From assembly GCA_947652325.1 (NCBI GenBank), contig CANTCQ010000007.1:3160-67159 (forward strand): a stretch of DNA of 64,000 bases, written 5' to 3'. Position 1 is the first letter of the stretch. Each line of letters starts with the position of its first letter. This document shows, one piece after another, positions 8,820 through 19,144 of this stretch. This DNA comes from an uncultured Mycoplasmatota bacterium (GTDB lineage: Bacteria; Bacillota_I; Bacilli_A; RF39; UBA660). Under the pieces are notes generated by a model, which saw only the letters and a program-made list of their open reading frames with translations, searched no databases and was not told the DNA's origin. A program made the position numbers and the translations under genes.

Positions 8820-10496
8820 ATGAAAGAAGATAGTACAAGTACGTCTATCACCGCCCTAGGTGGTTTAGGTGAAGTCGGTAAAAATATGTATGTGGTCAGC
8901 CACAAAAATGAAATTTTAATTATAGATGCAGGAGTTATGTTTCCAACAGATGATTTATTAGGAGTTGACGCAGTCATTCAAGATGTGACTTATCTTAAAC
9001 AAAACGAAAAAAAAATCGTGGGACTGGTCATTACTCATGGACATGAAGACCATATTGGAGGAATACCTTACCTTTTGCAAAGTATTCGTATTCCAAAAAT
9101 TTATGCTCCAAAAATAGCAGCAGATTTAATTAACAAAAAACTAATAGAGCATAATATTAAATACCAAGAAATGGATATCATTACGGATGAAACACAAATA
9201 AAAACAAAATATTTTGCATTAGAATTTGTAAGAACCACTCACTCTATTCCCGATTCATTTGCCATTGTTATTCATACACCAAATGGAACTATTTTTGAAA
9301 CAGGGGATTTTAAATTTGATTTGACACCTATTGGCCCAGCAGCCGATATTCACAAAATGGCAAGAATTAGTGAACAAGGAGTAAAAATCTTATTAAGTGA
9401 TAGTACTAATGCTTTATCTCCTGGATTTTCAACAAGTGAAAGCAATGTAGATGAAGCCTTAGAAAGTGTTGTTAACAAACACCCTGCTCGTATTATCATC
9501 GCAACGTTTGCTTCTAATATTTACCGGATTAAACATATTATTGAAACCTGTAAACGCCATAACCGTAAAATTGTTGTTTTTGGTCGTTCTATGGAAACCA
9601 ATATTGAACTTGCCATTAACAATGGTTTAATTGAAGACAAAACGATTATTATTGATTATAATAAAGCAAAATCTTTAAAGAAAAACGAAGTTTGTATTTT
9701 ATGTACAGGTTCTCAAGGAGAACCACTTGCAGCTTTATCAAGAATAGCTAATGGAGTGCATAAACAAATTACATTACTACCTGATGATTTAGTGGTATTT
9801 TCCTCGAATCCTATTCCAGGGAATGCTAGTAGTGTTAATAAAATTATTAATAAGTTGTATTTAAAAGGAGTACAAGTATTTACAAATAGTGAATTTAGTG
9901 ACATCCATGCTTCTGGACATGGTAAACAAGAAGAACAAAAATTAATGCTTCGTTTAATTAAACCCGAATATTTTATGCCATGTCACGGAGAATATAGAAT
10001 GCTAAAAAAACATGCTGAACTTGGCGTAGCCTGTGGCATTCCCAAAGAAAACATTTTCATTTGTAAAAACGGCGATACATTAATAATGGATAAAAAAGGA
10101 ATTCATCGCGGTTCTTCTGTACAAGCTGGAGATATTTATGTTGATGGTTCTCGTATTGGGGATATCGGCAGTGTTGTTATAAAAGATAGAAAACTTATGA
10201 GCAACGATGGAATTCTTCTTACTATTTTAAATATCAATCCTTTTACAAAAAAATTGCTTATTAAACCCAATGTTACAACCAGAGGATTTGTAATGGTAAA
10301 TGAAAATGGAGAATTAATCAACCAAATTGAAAGAAAAGTATCCTACATTGTAAACAATACTTTAGAGCAAAATAATTACAATTATACTGATTTAAAAAAT
10401 CAAATTATTTTAGAATTACATCCTTTCATTAATGAACTAACAGGAAGACATCCTATTATTTTACCCGTGATTATGGAAGTAAAAGAAAATAATTAA
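8820..10496 (+). CDS. rnjA: Ribonuclease J (metallo-beta-lactamase / beta-CASP RNase).
   Basis: HGHEDHIGG motif, beta-CASP and C-terminal domains, 558 aa. Confidence 0.9.
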   Translation: MKEDSTSTSITALGGLGEVGKNMYVVSHKNEILIIDAGVMFPTDDLLGVDAVIQDVTYLKQNEKKIVGLVITHGHEDHIGGIPYLLQSIRIPKIYAPKIAADLINKKLIEHNIKYQEMDIITDETQIKTKYFALEFVRTTHSIPDSFAIVIHTPNGTIFETGDFKFDLTPIGPAADIHKMARISEQGVKILLSDSTNALSPGFSTSESNVDEALESVVNKHPARIIIATFASNIYRIKHIIETCKRHNRKIVVFGRSMETNIELAINNGLIEDKTIIIDYNKAKSLKKNEVCILCTGSQGEPLAALSRIANGVHKQITLLPDDLVVFSSNPIPGNASSVNKIINKLYLKGVQVFTNSEFSDIHASGHGKQEEQKLMLRLIKPEYFMPCHGEYRMLKKHAELGVACGIPKENIFICKNGDTLIMDKKGIHRGSSVQAGDIYVDGSRIGDIGSVVIKDRKLMSNDGILLTILNINPFTKKLLIKPNVTTRGFVMVNENGELINQIERKVSYIVNNTLEQNNYNYTDLKNQIILELHPFINELTGRHPIILPVIMEVKENN

Positions 10497-10530
10497 AAAA
10501 TTCGAATCGTTTTTTAGATTCGAATTTTTT
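10495..10530. terminator. Rho-independent terminator after rnjA.
   Basis: AAAAATTCGAATCG-TTTTTTAG-ATTCGAATTTTTT hairpin followed by a T-run. Confidence 0.7.
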
Positions 10531-10698
10531 ATTATATTTATCGCTTTCAATGCTCCAACAAACATCCGGAAGTGTTAATATTTCCAATGTGTGCGTTAAA
10601 TACTACATTTTTAAATGTTTTTGATAACTTTCAAAATGCCATTCTTTTATTGTGATTTTTCCTCATGCTTTTCAAAGTGTTTGAGCAGTTAATTCTTT

Positions 10699-11742
10699 TT
10701 AGCCAATTCGAAGTATTAGCAAAGAGGGTCCAGCGATTGTATAACCTTCTATGCTTAACTTCTGATTAGCTTTTACTGTAAAATTCCAAAGTCCACTTCT
10801 ATCAATGTTAGCCCATTTAGAATTAGCAGGAACTACAGACCCATCTACTTTGACTGTGAAATTTGATATATTTGTCACTATATAAACTACCCAATTTTCT
10901 GGAAAACTAAATGTTTTTTCAATGCCATACACAAAACTAGTATTAGACGAAGAAGGAGTCTCACCATACTGTAAGAGAATATCTCCTCGAGTAATATAAG
11001 CACTTCCCGTAACCTTAGTTCCATTTACATAAGCAGTTTTTCCTGAGCGAATGTCACCAGAATTGGCATTCGCATCACTCGTAAATGTTCCAGCTACCCC
11101 AAAAATAGAAACGCCTTTTTTAATATTAGCAGCTTTTAAATTGGCATCTCCTTTAATAGTTTGAACACCACTTAAGTGTTGTCCTGCACTTATAGTTTGA
11201 TTAACTGTACCTGGTGTATAGGTAGCTGCTGTCTTGCTAGGGATTGTACCTGTTATTTTTGTACCATTTACATATGCTGTTTTGCCACTTAAAATATTTG
11301 CTGCTGCAGCATTTGCATCACTCGTAAATGTTCCACTAACTCCAAAAATAGAAGTCCCAGCTTTTATATTTCCAGCTACTAAATTTGCATCTCCTTGAAT
11401 TGTTTGAGGTCCACTTAAATATTGACCTGCTTCAATCACTTGATTTACAGTACTTGGCTGATAAGTTGCTGCTACTTTACTTTCTATGGTACCTGTCACT
11501 AATGACCCTTGAGCATATCCAGTAGCTCCTTTTAACATTTGGTTAGATTTAACAGTACCTCCTGTCTTATAAGTATTTAATCCTTTATATAAATCATCTA
11601 ATGTTTTGGTTAAACTTTCATTGGTGCCATCATTATTGTAAATTACATCACTACTTGTAATAGCATAAACATTTTGGGTAAACAACAAAAATAATACAAA
11701 TATAAAAGCATATTTTCCATTTTTTCTTTTTAAAGACTTCAT
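10699..11742 (-). CDS. Secreted repeat protein with two ~75-aa tandem repeats rich in G/T/S/N (fibre-like).
   Basis: Signal peptide MKSLKRKNGKYAFIFVLFLLFTQNVYA. Internal repeat ...TAYVNGTK[IV]TG...TVNQ.I.AGQ.LSG.QTI.GDANL.A.NIK.G.SIFGV.GTFTSDANA. Confidence 0.6.
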   Translation of the reverse strand: MKSLKRKNGKYAFIFVLFLLFTQNVYAITSSDVIYNNDGTNESLTKTLDDLYKGLNTYKTGGTVKSNQMLKGATGYAQGSLVTGTIESKVAATYQPSTVNQVIEAGQYLSGPQTIQGDANLVAGNIKAGTSIFGVSGTFTSDANAAAANILSGKTAYVNGTKITGTIPSKTAATYTPGTVNQTISAGQHLSGVQTIKGDANLKAANIKKGVSIFGVAGTFTSDANANSGDIRSGKTAYVNGTKVTGSAYITRGDILLQYGETPSSSNTSFVYGIEKTFSFPENWVVYIVTNISNFTVKVDGSVVPANSKWANIDRSGLWNFTVKANQKLSIEGYTIAGPSLLILRIG

Positions 11743-11759
11743 TATTTCTTTTTCCTCCT

Positions 11760-12167
11760 TTAATCTACTAATTCATAGTCTAAAGCTTTATAGTTAGACA
11801 AATTACCACCATAAGAACATGTAATGGTTATCGTTTCTTGGCTTTTTATTTCTTGTTCTACAACTCCCGATAAAGTAATCATATTATCATCTTCTAATGT
11901 AACTTTAACTATAAATTCTTTTAGGTATTTTGCTTCATTTGCTAAATTTGTAACTTCAAAATCAAAGGAAGTTGCTCCATTTTCTGTTTTAGCATCTTTT
12001 AATGAAAATTGAATATCATTAAGTTCTGCTTTGCTTTCTATTGTTTTTGTTTTATCTTCTGTTTCTGTACTTGTAGGTTGTTGTGTTTTATTTCCACAAC
12101 CACTTAGTAACAGCAAAGTAATACATAATAAAATGATTTTTTTCATAATTCCTATACTCCTCCCCAT
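11760..12167 (-). CDS. Small lipoprotein of unknown function.
   Basis: Lipobox LLLLSGC, 135 aa. It overlaps the upstream gene by 16 nt, consistent with an operon. Confidence 0.6.
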   Translation of the reverse strand: MGRSIGIMKKIILLCITLLLLSGCGNKTQQPTSTETEDKTKTIESKAELNDIQFSLKDAKTENGATSFDFEVTNLANEAKYLKEFIVKVTLEDDNMITLSGVVEQEIKSQETITITCSYGGNLSNYKALDYELVD

Positions 12168-13762
12168 TTTCTACGTATAGCATCTATTGCCTCTTGTACA
12201 TTGGTAACACTAGGCTCTTCGGCAATTGAATAAGTAACCGAACTTGCTTTGTAATATATATTAACTTGTTGGGCACCACTCCAACTACTCTTATTGCCCC
12301 TGTTAGATACAGTTCTATAGAAGATATAATTAGTGCCTTCTAAATCTGAATTTATCACAGCCTGATTATCTGTTGTTCCCGATACAACTACATCACTGGA
12401 AGGCGTTTCATTCGTTTTAGAAATATAATATTCGTATTCTTTTACTCCAGATTCCGCTGTTCCTGGAATAGAGACACTAATCGTTTTAGAATATGCATAA
12501 AGAAGACTTCCCCCTGTAATGGTTGGTGCAGTTAAGATTTCATCCGTTGTAATTTTACCAGTTTCTTTGGCTACATTTCCAACTTTATCTGTCGCTTCTA
12601 TAGCATAATAATACTCTGTATTACTTTTAAATTCTGTTAATATACACTGATTATTTGCTATGGTTCCATTTAAATTTAAGTCTGTTTCGCTCAAACCATA
12701 TTTACAAACTACATCTGATAAACCAGATTCCGAATCATTTGCAGAGAAATCAATAACAACTTGATTAAGATTTACCTCGATATTATTTACTAACACTTGT
12801 GGTGAAGTAACATCTTGTTTTAATAAAGTATATTTTTCTTGTTCACTACAATCAAATCCTACACATACCATTGTCGTTAAGTCAATAGTAGAAGTTTGAT
12901 TTTCTGTAGGCCTTATCACTAAATCCGTTTTGGTCTTGTACCATGTATTAGGATTTATTTTAAAATTTTCTGAAACATCTACGCAATTTTCTGGTTCATC
13001 TTTCATTCCACAAGTTTGCAAGATAGTTCCTTCTATATTCACTTCTTCACTTGTTTTAATATAACAAACCGATTTTTCTCCTTCACAAATCAAATGTGCA
13101 GTGGAAGAAAAAGGATAATTTCCAACATCTGCTAAATTTTCAATTTCTTTACCATTAATATCTTTATTGGATATTATAACATTTGGCGTACCTGCCAATA
13201 TTTCATTTAATGTGCCTTCCACAACAACTTTACTTAAAAATGTTTTATTTTGGCTTTCATTTCCGGCACTTTCATCTATCCATAAACGTAAAACATGTCC
13301 TTGTTCTTCATATCCATCCAAAAATCCATTTAATAAAACATGACTTTCAACCGCCGAATAATCATTTCCTTCATATATAGGAGGTACATCTAAAAATTTG
13401 GATAAAACTTGTTTGGATTTTCCGTCTACAGAAACCGCAATATTTTCACTACCCATCAAATTAGCAATATCTAACGATTCCAAACGTACACTATAATCAA
13501 TTAGTGAATCACAATTATTCTTTACAGTAAAAGTATAAGGTTTCGTCTGCATTCCAGCATCATCCGTAAGCGGATATGCTTTTTCAACTGTAATGGCTTC
13601 AGTTTCATCTACAAGTGAAATACTCAAACATTCCGTTCCTGCTACATTTATTTGTTTTTGGTCTGTACTATATTTCCAAAAAGCATAAGTACTACTCATT
13701 AGGATGGCTAACATTCCAATGATTCCCAAAAACAATAAGAATACTCTTTCTATCTTTTTCAT
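12152..13762 (-). CDS. Large secreted/surface protein. It has an N-terminal signal-anchor plus a conserved ~170-aa module shared with the LRR protein at 46199..47899.
   Basis: N-terminus MKKIERVFLLFLGIIGMLAILMSSTYAFWKYS... The motifs AYPLT..PYTF.VKN.C....YSV.LE and RLWIDE are paralogous to the LRR protein. Confidence 0.6.
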   Translation of the reverse strand: MKKIERVFLLFLGIIGMLAILMSSTYAFWKYSTDQKQINVAGTECLSISLVDETEAITVEKAYPLTDDAGMQTKPYTFTVKNNCDSLIDYSVRLESLDIANLMGSENIAVSVDGKSKQVLSKFLDVPPIYEGNDYSAVESHVLLNGFLDGYEEQGHVLRLWIDESAGNESQNKTFLSKVVVEGTLNEILAGTPNVIISNKDINGKEIENLADVGNYPFSSTAHLICEGEKSVCYIKTSEEVNIEGTILQTCGMKDEPENCVDVSENFKINPNTWYKTKTDLVIRPTENQTSTIDLTTMVCVGFDCSEQEKYTLLKQDVTSPQVLVNNIEVNLNQVVIDFSANDSESGLSDVVCKYGLSETDLNLNGTIANNQCILTEFKSNTEYYYAIEATDKVGNVAKETGKITTDEILTAPTITGGSLLYAYSKTISVSIPGTAESGVKEYEYYISKTNETPSSDVVVSGTTDNQAVINSDLEGTNYIFYRTVSNRGNKSSWSGAQQVNIYYKASSVTYSIAEEPSVTNVQEAIDAIRRKWGGV

Positions 13763-13894
13763 GCTATACCTCTCTTTACTATCTATTGTTCTTTTATCTT
13801 AAATTTAGTATAACATAAATTAGTCTTTTCTTACAACAAATTGATTGTATCAAAAAATAAAAAAAACAACTTTTAAAGTCGTTAAAATAAAATA

Positions 13895-15172
13895 TTAATT
13901 GATAACTTTTAAAGTATGGGCTTTATCTTTGTGAGTAGTGTGCAATAATTTTTTAGCCTTTTCACTTAATGGAGCATCTAAAAAATTTTTATATAATTCT
14001 TTTACTTCTTTATTTTCATAACTACTTCTTTTTTTTATTTGTTTATCTTCCTTATATAAATTTTTACATCTTTCGTCGATATATGTTTCCTCTTTTTGTT
14101 TTGGTAAAATAGGTTGTCCTCCACCACCAATACATCCATGTGGACAAGTCATTACTTCTATAAACTGATATTTTGAAAGAGAGGAATAGATATTTTTCAC
14201 CGTATGAAGTCCAATAATAACTGCTACATGTAACTTAATAGAACCTAAGTTAACTTCTGCTTCCTTAAGATTTTCTTTTCCACGTACACATTCTAATTGG
14301 AAAAAATTTTCAGGTGCTTTTTCTAGATTTAGTAAAAAATATGCGGTTCGAAGAACTGCTTCTGTAACACCACCACTTGTTCCAAAAATAAGGCCTGCTC
14401 CACTTCCTTTTCCAAGTAACGAATCAAATTCTTTTTCTTCAACCGTTTTTAAATTAATTCCTTGTTCTCGAATAAGATAAGCAAGTTCACTTGTTGTAAG
14501 TATATAATCGTTGTCGTCATTATTTCCTTTTTTTATCTCTGTTTTTTTAGAAACACAAGGTGCAATTGTAACCGTAACGATATCTTTTGCATTTAAGTTT
14601 TTTAAAGTAGCAAAGTAGTTTTTGATAATTGCTCCTTGCATACCAATTGGACTTTTGCAAGTAGATAGATGTCCTAAATCTTTTGGATAATATTTTTCCA
14701 TATAATTTACCCAAGAAGAGCAACAACTTGTATACATTGGCAAAATGCCCTTATTTTGTATTCGTGAAATAAGTTCACTTGCTTCTTCCATAATTGTTAC
14801 ATCTGCACCATAAGTTATATCAAAAACATAATCGAAGCCTAAAGTTTTTAAAGCACCTACTACTTTTTTTTCCAAAAATTCACCTGGAGCAAAACCAAAT
14901 TCATCTCCAATAGAAACACGAACTGCTGGAGCAATAGATACCACAACAATCTTTTCTTCATCATGAATATTTGCTAAAACCTCTTTATAATTATATTTTG
15001 GTACTAAAGCCCCCATAGGACATGTCAAAATGCACTGTCCACAATTTACACAATCATTTTTTGCTAAATGATTCAGTTCTGTACAAGTTTTTAAACAAGC
15101 ACCGCAGTTAATGCATTTTTCATTAATTCTTTGCAAGGATAAATTATCCTCACTCACCAATACTTTTGCCAT
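13895..15172 (-). CDS. [FeFe]-hydrogenase, small monomeric type with two N-terminal [4Fe-4S] ferredoxin motifs.
   Basis: H-cluster motifs TSCCSSW, APCVSKKTE and EVMTCPHGCIGGGGQP. Two CxxCxxCxxxCP clusters at the N-terminus. Confidence 0.85.
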   Translation of the reverse strand: MAKVLVSEDNLSLQRINEKCINCGACLKTCTELNHLAKNDCVNCGQCILTCPMGALVPKYNYKEVLANIHDEEKIVVVSIAPAVRVSIGDEFGFAPGEFLEKKVVGALKTLGFDYVFDITYGADVTIMEEASELISRIQNKGILPMYTSCCSSWVNYMEKYYPKDLGHLSTCKSPIGMQGAIIKNYFATLKNLNAKDIVTVTIAPCVSKKTEIKKGNNDDNDYILTTSELAYLIREQGINLKTVEEKEFDSLLGKGSGAGLIFGTSGGVTEAVLRTAYFLLNLEKAPENFFQLECVRGKENLKEAEVNLGSIKLHVAVIIGLHTVKNIYSSLSKYQFIEVMTCPHGCIGGGGQPILPKQKEETYIDERCKNLYKEDKQIKKRSSYENKEVKELYKNFLDAPLSEKAKKLLHTTHKDKAHTLKVIN

Positions 15173-15178
15173 AAAATC

Positions 15179-16054
15179 CTACTTTCTTCTATTTTCACTT
15201 ACTAAAGCCATTGGTATGGAAAGTTGTTTAATTCTTTCAATAATTCTTCTTGCTTTTACTTTATCTACACTATTTTTAGTGAGAGATAAATGTTCTTCTA
15301 ACTCTTCTATTGTTAAATTTGAAGTGAAAAAAGTGGTTTTTTGTGTTTCCATACGAGACTGTAAAATTGTACCAAGTATTTCATCTCTTCCCCAGTCCGT
15401 TACTTTTTCAGCACCAATATCATCAAGTAAAAGAATATCCACTGTTTGATATCTATACATAAGAGATGCAAAATTATCCCAATCTTCTTTCAATGTTCTA
15501 AGAGCGTTTGGAAAATAGACAATTTCAACATCTATATTTTTGGTAATCAAAAGTTCATTTAAAAGTGCTGAAGTTAAAAATGTTTTTCCAGAACCAAAAC
15601 TTCCATGCAAATAAAGACCTTTGTAAGAAGTAACTAGTGAAAAAGAATCATAAAAACTATCCAACCACTTTATAACTTTTAATTGGTTTTTATCTGAGGT
15701 ATCAATATCTTTCATACGTACTTTTTTATTTTGCAACTGTTCTTTTTCCATTACTTTTCTTTGATAAGGACAAGGTTCATAGGAAAAATAAATTCGATTT
15801 TCTTTTTGTTTGGCGAAAAGAATATGTCCAGCATAAGCATTTTTACACATAAAAAAGCCTTTACAATTTTTGCAATTTTTATTTTCTTCTACCACTTCTT
15901 GTAGTTTGCTTGTTATTTGTTTTGCTTTTTTTTCCGTTAATTTTAATTTTTTAATTAATGAAACAAATTCTTTATCCATTATTGCTTCTCGATACGATTT
16001 TTCTAAATCTTGATTTAAATTTTCGAGTTTTGTCATTTCTTTTAAACCTTGCAT
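15179..16054 (-). CDS. dnaI: Primosomal helicase loader DnaI.
   Basis: N-terminal Cys-rich zinc domain, AAA+ Walker A GSFGSGKTFL, Walker B LLLDDIG. Confidence 0.85.
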   Translation of the reverse strand: MQGLKEMTKLENLNQDLEKSYREAIMDKEFVSLIKKLKLTEKKAKQITSKLQEVVEENKNCKNCKGFFMCKNAYAGHILFAKQKENRIYFSYEPCPYQRKVMEKEQLQNKKVRMKDIDTSDKNQLKVIKWLDSFYDSFSLVTSYKGLYLHGSFGSGKTFLTSALLNELLITKNIDVEIVYFPNALRTLKEDWDNFASLMYRYQTVDILLLDDIGAEKVTDWGRDEILGTILQSRMETQKTTFFTSNLTIEELEEHLSLTKNSVDKVKARRIIERIKQLSIPMALVSENRRK

Positions 16055-16105
16055 AATTTCACCTATCTTTTATATTAAAAGTTATACTCATTTTAAACAA
16101 TAAAA

Positions 16106-17377
16106 TTATTTATATTTATCGAGTATACTCTCTAGTTCCTCTTTTTCTTCGGCACTCATATTTTCTTTTTCAAGTGTTTCATTAAACCAAACAGGTTCAA
16201 CGGTTTTATCCACTTTTGGATTTGTAATTTTTTTACTATACTTTTTATGCTCTTTTTCGGCAACATTCATTGCATCTTCTGCTGTTTCAATATTAAGTCG
16301 TTTCCACTGTCCTGCAATCGTCTCAACAAAAGCACTATTTAATTTATTATCGTTCTTTTTTAAAACATAATCAATTAAGACATTTACTACAGCAGGTTTT
16401 AACTTCAAATCAACCAGTAAAGTTTCTAATAAACGTAAATCACGGTTCGTTGGTTGACTTCCTTTATATTTACTTTTTAAAAAGTCATACGGCGTTGTAT
16501 TTTCAAATACCCCAATAATCTTTCCACGTTTGCTATTATCCCCTACTGGATTTTTTAAATATTCAGGTTGCGTACGATAAACCAATGTGGGAAGCTTTCC
16601 ATTATGATTGTACTGGTAATACTTTCTGGCATTCTTTCGTAATTCTTCTTTATCAATAAAACCTTTTTCATTTACAACCATTCGTAATAATTCTATCATT
16701 TTAAAAGTATCTAAATTGTAAGCAAAAGATAGATTATTAATAAGTTCTTTTAATTTTTTTGTAAAACTTCTCTCATTTAAAATTCCCTTCGGAATGGAGG
16801 ATAAAAGCAAATCAAAATCCACTTGGTCTTGTAAATGGATTCCTTTTTCTTCTTTCCCAATAGCATCGAATATACAATCACTACTTGCTTTATATGTCTT
16901 ATCCATAGAAGTCGTAATATCTTCATATTCTTTTAAGTCGATTTTATATTCCCGAAATTCACTTTTCAAAAGTTCATATTCATATTTTCCTAAATTGTTA
17001 TAAAGAACAACACTTAAAATAGGATGAGAAAAAAATTCCTTAGGACTTAAGGGAGAATAAAGTTCATACACATAACTGTTAATATCTCCTGGTTTAAAAT
17101 ATGTTTTTATTAAACCGACAGCTTCTAAAGAAAGACGGGCTTTTTTAATCGTATCTAAATCGCATTTTAAAAGACTCATTAAATGATGATGTGTATAATC
17201 CATACTCACAAGTTCTAACCGGTCTAAATCGCGCCATAAGGTAAGATATAAAGAAACTGCAGTATATCCAATAATCGGTTCATATAAACTAATCACGTTT
17301 TTACGTTCCTTATCCATAAGAATTGTTTTATTTACAACAATATATTTATCTGCTGGAAGCAAAGTAATTAGTTTCAT
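16106..17377 (-). CDS. dnaB: Replication initiation / membrane attachment protein DnaB (DnaD-like DDBH2 domain).
   Basis: Position upstream of dnaI, ~420 aa, C-terminal DnaD-domain-like region. Start chosen at MKLITLL (RBS GAGGTG). Confidence 0.65.
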   Translation of the reverse strand: MKLITLLPADKYIVVNKTILMDKERKNVISLYEPIIGYTAVSLYLTLWRDLDRLELVSMDYTHHHLMSLLKCDLDTIKKARLSLEAVGLIKTYFKPGDINSYVYELYSPLSPKEFFSHPILSVVLYNNLGKYEYELLKSEFREYKIDLKEYEDITTSMDKTYKASSDCIFDAIGKEEKGIHLQDQVDFDLLLSSIPKGILNERSFTKKLKELINNLSFAYNLDTFKMIELLRMVVNEKGFIDKEELRKNARKYYQYNHNGKLPTLVYRTQPEYLKNPVGDNSKRGKIIGVFENTTPYDFLKSKYKGSQPTNRDLRLLETLLVDLKLKPAVVNVLIDYVLKKNDNKLNSAFVETIAGQWKRLNIETAEDAMNVAEKEHKKYSKKITNPKVDKTVEPVWFNETLEKENMSAEEKEELESILDKYK

Positions 17378-17452
17378 TAAAAACACCTCAAGTTCAACTC
17401 TATTATAAAGGATATTGAAAAACAAATAAAGAAAAAAAGTCTAATTTAGACT

Positions 17453-18190
17453 TTAACAAGCTTCATCGCAATTAACATCATAAACTTTGTTAATAAGTTC
17501 CATTAAACTTCCATTTAATTCTTTTGTTTCTTCTTCGGTTAAATCATCATATCCACTTTTTTGGGATTCCACAGTTCCTACATGAATCCCTACAATTTTT
17601 CCATTTTTAACTCCCACAACCGTTGGAGCATATAATCTTTTTTCTTTTGTATCTATTTTTTTTCCATCACTTGTTGTCAAATAGTAAGGCTCTAAAACAC
17701 CATCCATAAGCTCCAAGATTTTATAATACCCTTTGGTTCCTTCTTCTTTTACTTCGACTTTATTTTTTTCATCTAATGCAAGAGTGTCTCGAATGCTTCC
17801 TATATTTAAATAATACAAACGGTCAATACTCATATTATCAAGAGTACTTAAAAGAGTCGGAAGTAAACTCCTACACCAAGGACAATCTGCAAATCCAAAA
17901 TAAAGTATGCCCGTTCCGTTTTCTAATAAACTTACAGTCTCTTCTTCTGTTAAAATATCCACTGGATTTGTAGATGAAATAGAAAGTTCTTTAATCGTTT
18001 TTCCATCTTTTTCACGAACCACATTATTTAAAGATTCATATTCGTTTTTAAATAAAATTGCATCTGTACTCCCAACAATCACTTCCTTTTTATCTTGAAA
18101 TGCTAAAATTCCTATAAAAAGCATAAAAGCAAATAATAACAAAATAATTCCCAAAAACATTTTTTTATCTTTATCCATATTTACCACCAT
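17453..18190 (-). CDS. Membrane-anchored thioredoxin-fold protein (CPWC active site).
   Basis: N-terminal TM helix. The FGFADCPWCRSLLP CxxC motif is typical of thiol-disulfide oxidoreductases. Confidence 0.6.
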   Translation of the reverse strand: MVVNMDKDKKMFLGIILLLFAFMLFIGILAFQDKKEVIVGSTDAILFKNEYESLNNVVREKDGKTIKELSISSTNPVDILTEEETVSLLENGTGILYFGFADCPWCRSLLPTLLSTLDNMSIDRLYYLNIGSIRDTLALDEKNKVEVKEEGTKGYYKILELMDGVLEPYYLTTSDGKKIDTKEKRLYAPTVVGVKNGKIVGIHVGTVESQKSGYDDLTEEETKELNGSLMELINKVYDVNCDEAC

Positions 18191-18214
18191 ATAAAAAAGT
18201 GTAACTTAAAATGC

Positions 18215-19144
18215 CTAGCTTTTCAATATATTTCGAATAAGTTCTTTATTTTTAAGTGTATTTCTAGCATTTACTCTTGCATATAATAAAGATTTAGCAG
18301 CACACAGTTTTGACTCATGCAAAACAAAATCAGAAGTTTCTGCAATACAATTTTCTAAGGATACCACCATAAAATCTTCTATTTTATTTGATTCTGAAAC
18401 CGAATAAACAAAACGTTGTAAATATAACATAGCGATATACAAAGCTCTTTTTTTATCCATTCCACATGATTCAATAAAATAGGCAAAAGCTTTTTCTTTT
18501 ATATCCTTTTTAAATACAAAAACAGAGTGTAACAATTCTACTAACTCCAGTTCTGTATGTTCATATCTTTCTTCTTGATTTGAGATATCTTTGAACTCTT
18601 TTACTAGTTCTACATAATACTGGCCATTTTTTCTCTTTTTTATTTTAGTAAGTATTTGTTTATAATATTCTTCGTGATAATTTGTTGGGTCAGCTAAAAT
18701 AAAATTTTCTATCCAAGAACAAACTTCTTTATTTAAATCAAATTCAATATTTTCTTCATAAACAAATGTATCCAAATAAAATAAAAATACTTTTCCTATT
18801 TGATGATAATCATTTTTAAAATCATTATATTTTTCAATAAGATGAAGATAAAAAAAATAATCATTATTTTCAAAATAATTTTGAATAAAATTTAAAAATT
18901 GTTCATTCGCAAAAAGTACAAAAGAATGAATTTCTTGAAAAGATAAATCTTTTTTCCTATATTTAAAAAACTCATCCTTAATGGCTGTTAATTTAAAAAT
19001 ATCTTTACGAACATCCTCTAAAAAACAAGATACTCTATTTCTTACATTTTTACTTTCTTGCAATTCCTTTTGTTGTTCTTCAAAACTTTTAAAAAGAGAA
19101 CCTTGTATAAATTCTTGATTATTATATTCTGTAAATTCTGGCAT
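18215..19144 (-). CDS. Hypothetical protein, 309 aa, no recognisable motifs.
   Basis: Long ORF with gene-like codon usage and no similarity to known families. Confidence 0.5.
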   Translation of the reverse strand: MPEFTEYNNQEFIQGSLFKSFEEQQKELQESKNVRNRVSCFLEDVRKDIFKLTAIKDEFFKYRKKDLSFQEIHSFVLFANEQFLNFIQNYFENNDYFFYLHLIEKYNDFKNDYHQIGKVFLFYLDTFVYEENIEFDLNKEVCSWIENFILADPTNYHEEYYKQILTKIKKRKNGQYYVELVKEFKDISNQEERYEHTELELVELLHSVFVFKKDIKEKAFAYFIESCGMDKKRALYIAMLYLQRFVYSVSESNKIEDFMVVSLENCIAETSDFVLHESKLCAAKSLLYARVNARNTLKNKELIRNILKS

